64,000 bases of DNA from Oopsacas minuta (lineage: Eukaryota > Animalia > Porifera), in assembly GCA_024704765.1 (NCBI GenBank), contig JAKMXF010000332.1, positions 1,285,458 to 1,349,457 on the forward strand. Reading direction: 5' to 3'. The notes under the pieces were generated by a model that had not been told where the DNA came from, searched no databases, and worked only from the letters and a program-made list of their open reading frames with translations. Shown one piece after another: positions 1 to 31,831 of this stretch. The stretch's first letter is position 1. Every line of letters begins with the position of its first letter. Position numbers and translations under genes: made by a program.

Positions 1-216
1 CTTGATTGTATGAAAGAAAACTCTTGACTAAATTCAAAGCGGAATGAACATTTCCTCTTCGCCATATTTATAGGTTTAGCTAATATAACAAAGTAACAAG
101 GACAAATAAGGACAATAAGGAAAAAAGAAGGACAAAAAGAAGGACAGAATGAAAAGAAGACAATTAGTCTAAAAAGAAGGACTGTCCTTCCAAAAGAAGG
201 ACATCTGGTCACCCTG
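1..216. mobile_element. End of a non-autonomous DNA transposon (MITE-like) with AAGAAGGAC subterminal repeats
   Basis: Four AGAAGGAC copies plus variants, ending in CATCTGGTCACCCTG at 202-216; the same terminus recurs near 56119-56133. Confidence 0.5.
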
Positions 217-2509
217 GGTTTGAGCCCCCAAATTTGTCCTGGCGCCGCTCCTGCTGAATGCTCGTATTCTCCGTTAGGGCTAATCTAGTTAGATAATCCA
301 AGAAAATGTTCATTCAATAACATCATTAGTTAGATACAAAGACTCTCAGCAACACGTAGAGATGTCAAGGAATTTTCTGGCCAACTCCCAGGCTCCAGAT
401 ACAACGCTAATGCCATGAAAAATCATCAATATATTCAAAAGAGTACAAAATATGAGATACCACATTGATTATTTTAGGTCTTATTCCGCATCCAAGTTTA
501 GGGCATCTAAGTCTATCTAATAAGCCTCAGGGTTTATAAAACTGCCTCAATTTCATAGTAATAAGGTGTCAATGATATCCATGGATATACACAGAAAATA
601 ACTTGGATACGGATTTGGACATATGCAGCGATCTTTGCAGGAATCAGCCTCTATTTGGGGGAACAACTTTTTTGGGGCAAATCTTTAAAATATCACATGG
701 TCTCGGATTCTGAGGCTGCTTTGCCATATTAGGAGGTAATAAAGTGCTTATAAAAAAGAGAACTAAGTTATGAAAAAGTTCTTGTTAGATGAAGCATGTA
801 TTATTAATTGTAGGCATGGCTTGGCGCCAGCTAGCACTTCTAATTTTGGGTTGTTGTTCGGGATACAGGATGTACTAGTGGGGTATCTAGCAACCCAAAT
901 TATACAGAAATTGCTAGAATATGCAGTAATCTAGTAGTTGCTGACAATTGCTTTGGAGCTACTAGCAACTCCTAGCACTTTCCTATGCTGCCAAACCTGC
1001 CCAGTCATGACTTACTATACTACAGATTGCTTAGCAAAGAATTGCCGAAATTATTTCAAGGTCATTGATAATATATGATTGGATCATTAAGAATTTCACA
1101 AATCGTAATGAATTAAACTATTATTAGCTTCTCCCATACGGCGGAAACATCTAGAACACTTTTGAGCAGGATTAGTCAGTAATTCTAACCACAATGACCC
1201 AACCACCAGTCACCTCCATGTATGGTAATTCCGTTTGTGCAAGATTTTTGATATATAATATAATATATTAATGAAAATATTTTCTAAATACCAATTCTTA
1301 GTACCAGTAACCAAAAATACTTTATTCATATAAAATATTACTATTAAAAGAACAAGATTAGTGATATTCGTTGTAAAACGGATTCTACAATATTAAATTT
1401 CAACAAAATACAGGAGTAACATATTCTATGTTTTTACAGTATTCTTTATGCCTGATACTAGTCCTGCTCCTATTCATGTTTTGTTTGGATTGGAAGCGAA
1501 TCAAGACTCAGTTCTTACGATTTAAATGTTTAGTCAGATTTGGTGCTCATTTTATAGCCATATTTACTAAACTGATATTAATTTTGATTGCGCAATTGTG
1601 GTTAGAATTAGTGGCTAATCCTGCTCAAAAGTGTTTCCGCAGAATGGGATAACCTAATACTTGTTGAATTCATGATCAAAACGAATATTATCTTGCTTAG
1701 CATGCCGTAGTATATAGTAAGTCATGGCCTAGTACCCCCCCAGTGGACCCCCAAAACTCCAACACCGGCGCCTATGGATATGGATGGGTTGTTTCATCTC
1801 CATGGCAAGACTAGATATTTTTACATTGGTTAGATTTTTCCGATATATTCCTGATATTTTGGATAATTTCTCCTATATTTTTGATATTATCGACATTTTT
1901 GATAATTTTTTGAGATCTCTATTTTATAAATTCCAAGTGTACCTGTTATTAACAGTATTATGTATTCATGACTGAAGGTCGAGAATCGCCCCCCCCGCCT
2001 CTTACTTCTCAGGGCTAATGCGATTATTCTACGCCTGTGCATCTGGATAACCTCAAGTTACTATAAATACCAAATCGTCATGGGATTATCGGGACATGTC
2101 ATATTAACATGTCTGGCCTACAAAAAGCGGAACAATTCCGCTTTTAGCAAGTTTCACCTGGACATTGGAACACAACACATTTTCGAAAGAAATTGGTCTG
2201 TTACGAATTTTCTGTATCCCATTTTTCCATAGGCTATGGATTTACCTAAATTAAGCACCAACCTGATTCCAACAGGCAGAAGCTAAATAATACCTCACTA
2301 GAAATTGGTTAATTCCACCGGCACAAATGATAAGAAATTAACAAACTTACTAGTGTGTTAGAGCTAGACCTCTCTTCATTTCTGTACCCAGAAATCTATA
2401 GAAATAATGAATATGATTCTGACTATTTCGATTCACAATACAAATTCTGCAAACAAATATAATGAATTTACACACAAAACATCATAGTAATTTAGCACAC
2501 GCTAGGATT

Positions 2510-20997
<18,488 letters not shown>

Positions 20998-21879
20998 TGC
21001 AGTTATGCTAGTTGATCTGATGAATAAACAGGGTAATAATTAGATTAGAAAGTACATTTTATTTACGAGCGCTTCTCTTCCTTGCGCTACGCTGTTGTGA
21101 ACACTTCGTGTCCACGCTCAGACCTACGGCCCTGAGTACATAAACTCATAATCTTAACCGTAGCAACATGATACTGCCATAATCATTAATCTGCATAATT
21201 ATGTTCCCAAAAGCGAACAAATATTTATGAAATGTTGTTTACAATATCATATTCCGACTCAGCATATTCGATTACCTCAGGATAACCATAGGAACCATGT
21301 TTCTAGCATAATTTTGAAATTTGTTTACTTTATGTACCTAAAGTAAACAAATATTCACAATATGTTGTTCATATTCAAGGTTGTAACCGAATAATTCAAT
21401 ATTTGGTTACCAAGCGAATATCAGTATTCAGTATTCAGTTGATCCAAACCGAATATTATCAATAGTATCCGGGTTGAAGTAACTGAATATTATCAGTGTT
21501 CGGTTAAGCAACTATTCATGGATACTGATATTCGGTTCGTTCGGTTTCAACCTTGTTTATAATATATTTGGACTCAGTATACTCGATTACATCAGGGGAT
21601 ACAGACAATTTGCGACAAGACTTTTCGTGACAGAGACTTTGAGTGACCAGTTGGGTACATTTACACATGGATACAGGTAATAATTTACACACTATAATTG
21701 TCGTGGTTACTTAAACAAGAGTAAAAAATAACCCTAAATTAAGGAACTTTCAATCTAGAAAAAGAAAATAGTAGGAAACTCTCTTAAATATTCAAACTTT
21801 GGGCGCAGCAAGTAATTCTGTACTAAATTTTGTAATGCTTTTTCTCATACTTCAAAATATTTGCGTTTGGAAGGATTCC

Positions 21880-23400
21880 GCCCACTTATATAAAAAACTT
21901 GTTTTCTCTTAAATATCGTTAGAAATGCCATATAGTTGGATGATGGCAAGACGTGTGACAAGTAAATTAACGGTGTCATGCCTCAACTGCATTATTTGTC
22001 TTTGGAAACCCATGCTGAACCATGAAGTGGTTGTACCACATTTCCAATGGAAATATCGATGAGGACATAAGGGGGGAATTAGCGATATGCCCACAAATAT
22101 CAGTAGCTTCAAGTATATTGCCAGATCGTAAGCTTACACCGGTAGTTGTAAGAAAAGGTTATTGATAAGTTCAGGTATGTCAGTAGGAGTTGCAAACGCA
22201 AGTGCAGGTAGCATTCACACTTTAATTGCGAATTCGACATCTTGTACATATTTTGCTGCAAGTCCTATTTGTTTAACTTTACGCCAGACATTATAGGGAT
22301 AGATAAAAGAAACAGTCTTGAACCTTTGTAGTTAGGAAGTATTGTGAAAATGCAATAAATAGAGACTATTTCAAAATCCATAATTAGATGTGTCGGGCAA
22401 GCGGTTGACATAAATCATGTACTTTGTTCCAGATGTTTGCATATGTTTCTTGGGCCTTGTTTGCTAGTAATACATATAAACATGGGAAATATGACCAGTG
22501 AATATCAGATTCGGCCCTCCTTTAATAGCATGTATCACGTAGAGTTGATAAAACAAGCTGGGCACGGTTTTAAAGGTGCCATCTGCTGACCAGACAGTTG
22601 CAGGTGAGAGTAAATCCACATTAGCTTGAGTTCCCAAGGATACGACCCTCTGACTTCCACTTTCCGCGCTAGAATCGTAGAGCATACATTGTTGGCCCAA
22701 TTTGTTTTAGTATAGCTTTCTGGTATCTCGAGATACTCTAGTAATAGTGGTTCAGGCGGAACGTTTTCGGCTTTATTTCTGCTCCACATTTTAGTTTTCT
22801 TCGAGCTATTTGTTTTGGGTAGATGTACAGCAGATTGCTCATTCATTCGCCAATAGAAGCTGTTAAGATTGAATGCGTTGCTACCTAGCTTTCACAAGGT
22901 TTGCGTTTCATTCCAGCCTTAGCTTGATTGTTGTAGAATATATAAGAATTACTCTCGTGAGGATGAATACTCTATCTGGCTATTACTACATTTCCCTTTG
23001 TGTGCAACCTTGATTTGCAGAAATTTCGGTGAACACACTGCCATTGTGTGACATCTCTTGTAACACGGCGTTTAGTTTAAGAAAAACCGTCTTCTAATAA
23101 GATAAATCTACCCTTAGATGTTTCACCAAGCGATAGTTCACTAGGAGTAGGTGCAGGATTACCTAAGTAACTATCCAACTCTTCATAGTCTTCATCATCT
23201 AGAGATTCGTATAAAAGCGAAGAATTAGGTGTGGAGGAATGTCCTGGCGAAAATGTATCAGATAAATAGACGATTTTGGTCATTTTCGGGGAATCTGAAA
23301 GCACTGATAATGGACCTGGAAGTAAATCATAGGCGTCACTCGAACCATAGTCTGTGAATGTTGAGTATGTTTGATTATACTACACGTTCGTTCTCTTGCG
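21880..23400 (-). pseudogene. Decayed FLYWCH-MULE (Mutator-like) transposase
   Basis: Fragments across frames: QWQCVHRNFCKSRLHT (FLYWCH), WSADGTFKTVPSLFYQLYVIH, FPKTNNAVEA, CHHPTIW; multiple stops and frameshifts. Boundaries approximate. Confidence 0.85.
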
Positions 23401-24089
23401 AATTATTACAAGTAAGCGGGAATTTTGTATAACTCATAAAATAAAAGAATTCTCTTATAGACCTTAAGAAAATGAACCTCGAAATAACTCAAATAAAGCT
23501 TATTACACTTGTATTGATGTCTATTATATTATTGGCCGAATTTCTAGTAGTATAAATAATACGATTTGTGCGTCATTCAAAATTATTTAATGTTGTTCAA
23601 GATTGATCAGACGAATGGTCGGATCTGGTCATAAAAAAGCTGAGCAGTTCCAACTCGGATCTGAGATATGCTTTCAACAGCTGACTAATTGTTAGGTTAG
23701 CTTTTCTATCTTCGTTCGCTCTGTCACTAGAAAATTGTCCCCGATATTCCATTTGGTCCTAACCTGAAAATTTGATCCCACCCATAGGTAGGGTGATCAA
23801 AAAGGTTTTTTACAAAACCTGAACATTTTCAAGTTAATGTGTATAGGACATACTCCAGGCAGCATTAGGACCCGATACTGTACTACTATTTAGCTCGATT
23901 ATTCAGATCGTACATTATATAAACAATTAATCAATTAATCCAGTATTTTCATTAAACAATATACATAAATCATACACAAGCAAGCTTACACACTTCTAAT
24001 ACGTATATCCAAAGAGAATACACCGTTTAGCAGATAGATGAGTCAAATGAGCGAATACTGATTAAATGTAAACTTAGGATCAACTATCT

Positions 24090-25094
24090 TCAACATATGT
24101 CCATGTGATCGTTCCACAAATGATGTTTTTCACTAATTTGTGATAATTGCAATCCTGCAAAGATAAAAGCTTCCTTGTCGCACCCAGAATTATCTGTTAC
24201 AATTCCGTTTGAATCAATTCGTTTTAATTCTAATCCACACACCCATACACCCATTGTTATATCATCGTGCCTGTACATCCTGAAGTCATCTGCGAAGGTG
24301 TGAATGAATTCTACAATGTCCCAGCTCACGAGATATCCCTCACCTCTTGGAAAAGGGAGATACGAATCCGGACATAAGAACCAATCAGGCTCTCCCCATC
24401 GTTCCCCTTCATCCAGCTGAACTCCTAACTTCCACATAAACTTCCCCAATATAACTTGGATCTTAGGGATTGAATAATCTTGGAATTGCTTCAACAGATT
24501 TTGAGGAATTACATAGCTATCATCCTGTAGTTTCAACAAATATTCAGACTCTACATTTTTATATGCCCAAACGTATGACTTGAGAACTTTCAGTGTAATA
24601 TTAAGTTGATTATCTACAAGGTCCTTTAGGAGGATAACATCTTTGTTTTCTCTTTCCTCAATTTCTAAGTGTACTAATTTACTCCCTGTTAGTGATCCTG
24701 TCCCAATAATAAATTTGTAACCTAAGTTGGGGTTTTTGTTAAGTTGATTAATCCACGTCTCTCTAAGCGTTTTCCGCATCTGTTGGCTATCAGGATCAGA
24801 CATTATCATGAAGAATATTTTGTAGGGACCTAAAAACTCTGGAGTGATTTCTTCTAGTTCTTTAGGCGTTGGTGGAATTGTTGTGGATGAAGCTTTCTCT
24901 AACTTAAACCTCTTCAATATCGATTGGATAATTGTGGCTCCATCCGTGGATTCTTGGCTTAATTCTGAACATTCTACCTCACTGGTACTAGTCCCTTTGA
25001 AGTAGTAACGAAATACGTAGATTTGCTCCAATATTATGCCCAAGACTAGGCTAAATACCAGAGTCTTCTTCAGGATACTCATATAATAAGACAA
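24090..25094 (-). CDS. B3GALT6: GT31 beta-1,3-galactosyltransferase, B3GALT6-like, 334 aa, intronless
   Basis: N-terminal type II membrane anchor; RKTLRETW, YKFIIG, DVILL.DL.D, LTLKVL-like, RWGEPDWFLCPDSYLP, GYLVSWDIV, DDITMGVW resemble B3GALT6. Orthology versus a paralog is not certain. Confidence 0.75.
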   Translation of the reverse strand: MSYYMSILKKTLVFSLVLGIILEQIYVFRYYFKGTSTSEVECSELSQESTDGATIIQSILKRFKLEKASSTTIPPTPKELEEITPEFLGPYKIFFMIMSDPDSQQMRKTLRETWINQLNKNPNLGYKFIIGTGSLTGSKLVHLEIEERENKDVILLKDLVDNQLNITLKVLKSYVWAYKNVESEYLLKLQDDSYVIPQNLLKQFQDYSIPKIQVILGKFMWKLGVQLDEGERWGEPDWFLCPDSYLPFPRGEGYLVSWDIVEFIHTFADDFRMYRHDDITMGVWVCGLELKRIDSNGIVTDNSGCDKEAFIFAGLQLSQISEKHHLWNDHMDIC

Positions 25095-25146
25095 ATGGTA
25101 TATTTATCGAATATTACTAATTGGGATAAATTTCTGATAATGCCGA

Positions 25147-25415
25147 AGAACATTTCACTTATTAGGGATACTATCCCCCCAGATTGGAATTGGTTCACTT
25201 TTCAGAACCCGAATCCAAATTCGAATCACAACCAGAACCTACCACAGAACACGAAACTGAATTTGACGAATTTAAAATTATAAGAAAGAATTTGGAACAG
25301 AAACAGGACCACCCGGACCACCCGATCCATTCTAGTTCAGGTCGGGTCGGGTTCTGAACAGTGAATAATATTCCAACTCTGATAGGGGTCATATGCCTAA
25401 GAAGTGAAATGTTCT
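25147..25415. mobile_element. Foldback/MITE-like element with ~65-bp imperfect inverted repeats just upstream of the B3GALT6-like ATG
   Basis: AGAACATTTCACTTATTAGG...TTCAGAACCCGA (25147-25212) pairs with TCGGGTTCTGAA...CCTAAGAAGTGAAATGTTCT (25347-25415). Confidence 0.6.
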
Positions 25416-25595
25416 ACTCAATTCATAATCTCCCATTATATACCAAGTTCGTGTATTAGTAAGGGAAAATCATCAAAATACGCCTCATGATAGGCGAACT
25501 CCACACTACTACCTTAGGGCCGTTCATTTAGATAATTCGATACCTCGAGGGGTAAAGCGGTGAGTTCATCACGAAGAAACGAGCTGAAAGCTAAT

Positions 25596-25731
25596 TACCG
25601 TATTTATTCATATAGTAGCCGGGGCGATTATTCGGGGTAGGCGATTATTCGAGAGAGGCGATTATTAATTTCAAACCCCCCAAAGGGAGGCGATTATTTG
25701 AATATGAGCTACTATTCAAATAAATATGGTA
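25596..25731. mobile_element. Tc1/pogo-type MITE with GGCGATTATT repeats
   Basis: TIRs TACCGTATTTATTCATATAGTAGC / GCTACTATTCAAATAAATATGGTA; four internal GGCGATTATT motifs. Confidence 0.7.
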
Positions 25732-26440
25732 TTGAAAATACTATTAGATTACCTGTAGGACTACTCGTAGGTATATAACTAGCATGGAATTATCCGATTT
25801 TTCTGTTTCATCTACCTTTCCAGCACATTATTAAAGTTGATTGTATAGGTGTCCAATTCAATTCCCGGGGTTACGTTCCTGTAAATTGCGTGAACGACAG
25901 TTCGCGAAAGCGAGACTATAGCTTAAAGAGAATAGTGGAGATACGTGCTTACGTCACTAGATTACAGGACAACGAACATACAGTGCTACTAAACACAATC
26001 AGAATCAATAATAGAGTTTTATTACTTGGTCGTGGGCAAAGTAGGGCAATCCTGTCTCTTGAAAATAGTTTTTTAGTCTTAACACATATCAAAATAGCAA
26101 ACATTGAGGTAGCTACATGATATGTACAAGTATAATGCCAATAGGGAAAATACAAACTCAATTCATGTGATGGCATAGTTGTCAACTCTTACGGATCTGA
26201 AATTTGTGTTTTGTAGACAGACTCACTTTCACTCTTGGATTCTCACATAAAATTTATTCGACGAATGGACAGTATTCCATCGTTGTGATAGATATAAATC
26301 GTAATAGTTAGCCTTATTGATTCTAATCCTTCTAAAAAACTAGCCAAATTACAATATTCTTCACTATATCCCACGGATCTAATTTTTCAAATGTTGACTA
26401 ACTATACGATGGTGATAAAAATATAGAGAATATTTATAAA

Positions 26441-27400
26441 AAATGTCCAGCCGACAGACTGGTAATGTAGTTCAGGGTTATTTGTTTTTGCTCTTTTCAG
26501 GGGGGCATGCCCCCCTGACCCCCTCGTATAGATAGCGGTAATGTACCAGACCCCGACTGATTTTGGGCTACTGGATCTGATAATATTTAAGGATATTGAA
26601 TATTATTCGTCCCTATATGTACTTCATGTTTTATCCTCAAACCCTATGGATAAGACTCCGAATAAATATATATCCCCAATTTCACCTTGTATAACTTTTG
26701 AAACAATTTCTCTAGCATCTATTTGAAATATGTGCAAACGCGTGTGAAATATGATTAAACATATGATTAATCACCGAGTGAGAGATTTGAAAATGTCAAA
26801 ATTAGAATCTATATACTCGATTATCCTCTGACTTGCAATTGAAAAGAAATCTCTAGCATAATCTGAAGTATAAGCAAAAAGTGTGAAAATATGATTAATA
26901 ATATGCCAAATTTGTAAATTGTAACTCTAAGACTCTGGAAAACTCAAATCGGACTCTACGCACCCAATTACCCACACAACTTGCTGAAACCTAATCTCTA
27001 GCATGCTTTAATCGAGTATGTAGATTCAAATTTTAATATTTCCGAATATCAACTTACATCAATTATTATGTATGATTAATCATATTATCACACCTTTATA
27101 AACATGTTCAAAATGATTTATTAATTTTGTTTCATTTGCTTGTCAGGGGTAATTGTGTAGGTAGGTTCCAAGTTTGATATTTGCACGACAATAGGGTGGA
27201 ACTTGGCCAATAAACTTAACCTATCTAGCATGCTTTTTAATTTACATACATAGAAAGGTGTGGAAATATGATTAATAACTAAGGTGTGAAAATTTAACAC
27301 TAGAAATATACGCACCCAAAGTTGGACATATCTCCGACACAAACTGTATAGAGGACTCTACCTAAGTACGTTATCAATGCGGTAGTATAGTGGAAACCGC
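26441..27400 (-). mobile_element. Helentron-associated (DINE-1/HINE-like) element copy with tandemly repeated interior
   Basis: Shares the 3' stem-loop end (CCAGCCGACAGACTGG) and internal blocks (AAATCGGACTCTACGCACCCAATT, ATCTCTAGCA, AAGGTGTG) with 46288-46770 and 51111-51475. Confidence 0.6.
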
Positions 27401-27672
27401 ATAATAGCAAAATCCGCCTAAAAGCAATTCTATTCATGAAATAAAGTGAAATTTTGTAAGGTAAATACCTCACATAATAGCCAAATTCGCGTATTAGCAA
27501 GACAATTTCTTGTAAAATACGATTTCCCATTAAGGTTCCGCTGTATCTGAAAATAGAGTGGCATACCTACATTTGTGGTCTAGTATACCATGTAAGACGT
27601 ACTAAGAATATATGTATGCGGAGTCCGAATATTACGGAATTAAATATAATCGGTACTAATAGAAAACCAAAA

Positions 27673-29613
27673 CTAGGTAAACAACTTAACCATACCGTCA
27701 GCTCCTGCTGAAAATAGCCAGGGTTGCGTGGGATGAAACACACATTCCAATACTCCCATATCCCCAGTAACAATGTGTCCCCTCAGGGCTTTGAGAGGAA
27801 CAAGTAGAGGGTTCCTGTCCAGATCACTGTATACCATGCCGTGATAAACAACAATAGAAGCCTCATCACCACAAGAAGCGAAGAGTGGGTAGATTGGATG
27901 AAAAATCACTGAACGGACAGCACCTTTGTGGTGTCTCAGGGTTTTGTATGGCTTCCTAGACAACTCCAAATCAAACCACATTACTTTACAATCCTGACTC
28001 CCTGCTATTATATTAGTACCACCTCGATGTATATTCAGACATGATAGCCACTGGACAGAGGGGGAGAGACGTTTGACAAGTGACTGCGCTACCAAATTGT
28101 AGATAAGAATATTGCGCTGTGTACAGACAAAAAATGTTGGGTCCATTGGGTGGAAGGAAACGGATTGGATTTGACCTTTTGATTTAACAAATGGTGTTTG
28201 CGATTTTTGTTTCGACAGCTGATGTATATATACTGATTTATGGCTGGTGTCATGCTGAACACTTGAAAAGTAATCTCCTCTCTTGTGCCAAACTACTTGC
28301 CTTACTTCCCTTCCAATTCCTATTTCTATCCCAGTTAACCCATTCGTAATACTGAGCTTAGACCAAGCTGGACCTCTCCTATCCGCTAGCTCACTACTGA
28401 CATTAAGAATCTCATTAGTTTCATCAATCAGCTGTTTATTCCCTACGCTGTAGCTTACTAGTAGTACATATTCTCCACAAGCTACTAGTAATAGTACGTA
28501 CATTTGTGTAGGGAAGAACTCAATGCTGCTCACGCTGTCTTGCAGCTGAATGAGCTTCAAGCATCTACCTGTAGATACTTCCCACACTCTCACAGTCTTG
28601 TCGTCTCCTCCAGACGCGATTATCCTCCCCATCGGGTGAGCTGACACACAGCGCACACACCCTGTATGTCCGTAATAACTGAATGCTAGTTGGGTAGGGA
28701 AGGGTTGGAGGTCTTTTGGCTTAGGCAACTGTGGTAGGATATCCCTAGGGTCGAGTTTGGGGTTTATCTTAAGTTTGGGCTCCCGGGGACACAAATATAA
28801 GTCTAGACAGCGAGAGAACCTCTCCTGATATATCTGCGAATAGAATGGAATTTCTAGCATTGAATCGTATTGAGTAGATAGAAATTCTCCTAACTTTTTC
28901 TCAGATTTGAATTTAGCATTCCATTTGACCTGTTCCTCAGGGGTAGGTAAGTATTCGGGAGGAGGCCGGTACGACTCTCTGTGGCCTGGGAGACGTAGTT
29001 TTGGAGCAGGAACAAATGGGAGCATTTTCGTATTGTCTTTCTTCTCCAATGGAATGTCGGTCCATATCTTATGGAAATATGGTTTCTCATCAATTTCGAA
29101 ATCTTTTTTCGGTTTAATCCAACCTTGTCTGATTGCATATACTAACTTCATTACCTTTTGATGCTCCCATTTTGAAGGAACAAACCTTCTTTTGGGTTCG
29201 TCTGCCCCTACCAGTGGAGTGTCAAACTTTTTAGACGTATAATACTCTACGGTTGGGGGGTAGGGGTCAAATTGACTGTCTGGATAGTCAGCCTTCTGAA
29301 TACGCTGAACCATGTCGATTTCTTTCTCTGAGAGCAAGAGATCAGTTCCTGGTAAATTTGGCATCTTTACGCTCTTCCATAGTCCAGAAGGGTCTTCTAC
29401 TCCCTCTAGGAATTGGTCTAGTTGATCTCCAGAGGCTGGTTTCAATACACGCTTGCCCTCTAGGTTATAGCCGATGTGCGGAAAATCTCTGTACCATTCG
29501 GTTGGTATGTCTCCAATCGTGTTCAAAACTCCTTCTTCATCTGATTCAGATAGAGAATCTCCAGCGTGTTCTAAGTTGTGAAGTAAATCAATTTCTCTAT
29601 TAGCACTCTCCAT
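27673..29613 (-). CDS. BOP1: Ribosome biogenesis protein BOP1/Erb1, 646 aa, intronless
   Basis: NTIGDIPTEWY, HIGY, PKRRFVPSKWE, LPGHRESYRPPPEYL, ERFSRCLDLYLCPR, WD40 repeats, C-terminal FHPTQPWLFSAGADG. An in-frame stop lies just upstream of the ATG. Confidence 0.96.
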   Translation of the reverse strand: MESANREIDLLHNLEHAGDSLSESDEEGVLNTIGDIPTEWYRDFPHIGYNLEGKRVLKPASGDQLDQFLEGVEDPSGLWKSVKMPNLPGTDLLLSEKEIDMVQRIQKADYPDSQFDPYPPTVEYYTSKKFDTPLVGADEPKRRFVPSKWEHQKVMKLVYAIRQGWIKPKKDFEIDEKPYFHKIWTDIPLEKKDNTKMLPFVPAPKLRLPGHRESYRPPPEYLPTPEEQVKWNAKFKSEKKLGEFLSTQYDSMLEIPFYSQIYQERFSRCLDLYLCPREPKLKINPKLDPRDILPQLPKPKDLQPFPTQLAFSYYGHTGCVRCVSAHPMGRIIASGGDDKTVRVWEVSTGRCLKLIQLQDSVSSIEFFPTQMYVLLLVACGEYVLLVSYSVGNKQLIDETNEILNVSSELADRRGPAWSKLSITNGLTGIEIGIGREVRQVVWHKRGDYFSSVQHDTSHKSVYIHQLSKQKSQTPFVKSKGQIQSVSFHPMDPTFFVCTQRNILIYNLVAQSLVKRLSPSVQWLSCLNIHRGGTNIIAGSQDCKVMWFDLELSRKPYKTLRHHKGAVRSVIFHPIYPLFASCGDEASIVVYHGMVYSDLDRNPLLVPLKALRGHIVTGDMGVLECVFHPTQPWLFSAGADGMVKLFT

Positions 29614-30059
29614 TATGTCCTACTAGGTGTCTGGTGATAATAATAATAATCTGAAATAAATAGGTAAATTAACCAACTTAGTAAACTGAATTCAAAATGG
29701 TCTTCTTGACCACTGCTCAGCCAATATACCTAGTAGAAGTTGGAAACTTGAATCACAGGTCCCCTCAATAAGCCAAATCTTCTGATATCATGATGTTGGC
29801 CAATGCAAACTTATCATGGGTGTATTATATAAGTATTATTCATTAAGTCATCATGACTTTACAAACAAATCTAAATTTCACGAATTTCGTGATTTAATAA
29901 TTTCATAATACTAGGGCACGAATTGCACAGATTACTATCCAAAAGCGACGTAGAAGCTCCAGTATCTCCACAGAAGGCCAATAAATCAAAATTGGGTGGA
30001 CCATGGATAATAGATATTAAAACCTTGGCTATTCTGTGAACTCGAAGCACATAGTGCCG

Positions 30060-31789
30060 GGAGACGCTCATTTGCGTACATTTCATGTGTACAGTGTATT
30101 TATTTCACAGTTACATATACTACACTGGCGTACAAATCTGAAAACACAAGAATACAAGTGGTTTTGACAAACTTAGACTTTTTGTGATGCATAAAATGTA
30201 CAAAAAACAACCGAATACTGGTAAAAAAATGATAAATGGCTACGAATGACTTAACCATTCGATTAGTGTCTTCATCAAAGAGGACAAATAAGTTATCTCA
30301 TGATGGAAACCTATACAAATTCCACCGGGGAATATTTAAGAAGGAATGGAGATGCGAGATCCGAACGTGCAAAGCAAGAGTCCACTCAGTCGATGATTTG
30401 ATTGTCAAAATGTCTGGAGAACATTCCATTCAAAAGAAAACGGCAAAGAGGAAGTTGCGATTGCGAAAGAGAACTTAAGGAAACGTGCAAGAGAAACTCA
30501 CGATAATCCACATATTGCTATTGGAGAAGAAAGGAGTTCTCTATCAGAGGCAGCATAATCTCTATTACTATCACAACATGCTCTAAAGCTGATGTATAAG
30601 AGACAACGTATTGCCGCACCAATTCCACATTCCGTTGAAGATCTAGAATTAAATGCGTCTAATATAAAAACACTATCTGATAAGAACTTCCTATTTTATG
30701 ACTCGGGACCCGAACCAGAGAGAATAGTAATGTTTGCTACAAGAGAAAATTTAGATTTCCGAACAATGTCAAGTATCTGGCTGGCTGATGGGACGTTTAA
30801 AACAGTGCCTACTCTATTTACCCAGCTCTACATTATTCATTGTCTTGGTGGAGGTCCGAATCCCTTTGCTAATGGACACTTACATCCTTGTATTTACGCA
30901 TTGCTTCCCAAATAAGAAAGCTACTACCTACACTAAAATGTGGAAAGTTATTAACGAAGCTTGCCAAATTCTTAACCTAACTTTCTCTTTGTGGATTTTG
31001 AACAGGCAGTTATTAATTCTTTTAAATCAATTTTTGGCCACTGACCCAAGTAAAAGCGTGATTCTTTCACCTGTCCCAGGCTGTGTTTCGAAAGATACAG
31101 TCTTTAGGCCTCCAGCAACAATACCAAAACAATCCGGAATTTGCCGTAGCGATGAGAATGTTACCAGCACTAGCGTTTGTACCACCTGAATTTGTTGGAT
31201 GGTCGTTTGATCATCTTGTTACGATATTTCCCGAAAATGCTTATCCCCTTTGTAAGTATTTCGAGGAAACATACATAGGGCTGATGAATCTAAATGGTGG
31301 TAGAAATCCTCCTTTATTCCCCGTTGATCTTTGGAATATTTTCCATCTTGTACCTCAAGGGCTACCTAGGACTACTAATTTGGTCGAGGCATGGCACCGT
31401 GGATATTTAACTACATGTGGTTGTCACCACCCCACAATATGGAAATTCATTAAGGCTTTGAAAACTGAACAAGCTAATGTAGAACTGAAACATGTGAGAT
31501 ATATTTGTGGAGAAGATCCCAAAATGCAAAAAAATCCATTCAGAACGAAAAATCGTTAATAAACTTGGTAAATTCTTTCGCACACAGACCGACACTATTA
31601 TACCTGTGTGGAGTTTGGTTCAAAATCTAACTATAAGAGTTGTGTGTTGGAGTTTATGGTTGTTACCAACCCATATTGAATTAAATGCATTTACTAATAT
31701 ACAGTTACATCATTAATTAAAGTTACCAATAGAATTATAGTTATGCTCAAAATGATAAATTGAATGCGTACACAAAAGTGATAGACTCC
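30060..31789 (+). mobile_element. Decayed FLYWCH-MULE DNA transposon with TIRs and TSD
   Basis: Broken ORF 30236-31559 (YKFH..WRCE..CKARVH, WLADGTFKTVP, CFFHL region, PRTTNLVEAWH, CHHPTIWKFI). Termini GGAGAC.../...GACTCC; 8-bp TSD TAGTGCCG (30052-30059) / TAGTGCCA (31790-31797). Confidence 0.88.
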
Positions 31790-31831
31790 TAGTGCCAAGT
31801 ATATTCTGTCGCGTAGCGACCAATAACACTA

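Noticed and set aside
25618-25700. Short direct repeats suggesting a CRISPR array (also 1-216, 21380-21550)
   Set aside because: Repeats are ~10 bp and irregularly spaced inside MITE-like elements; eukaryotic context and no cas genes.
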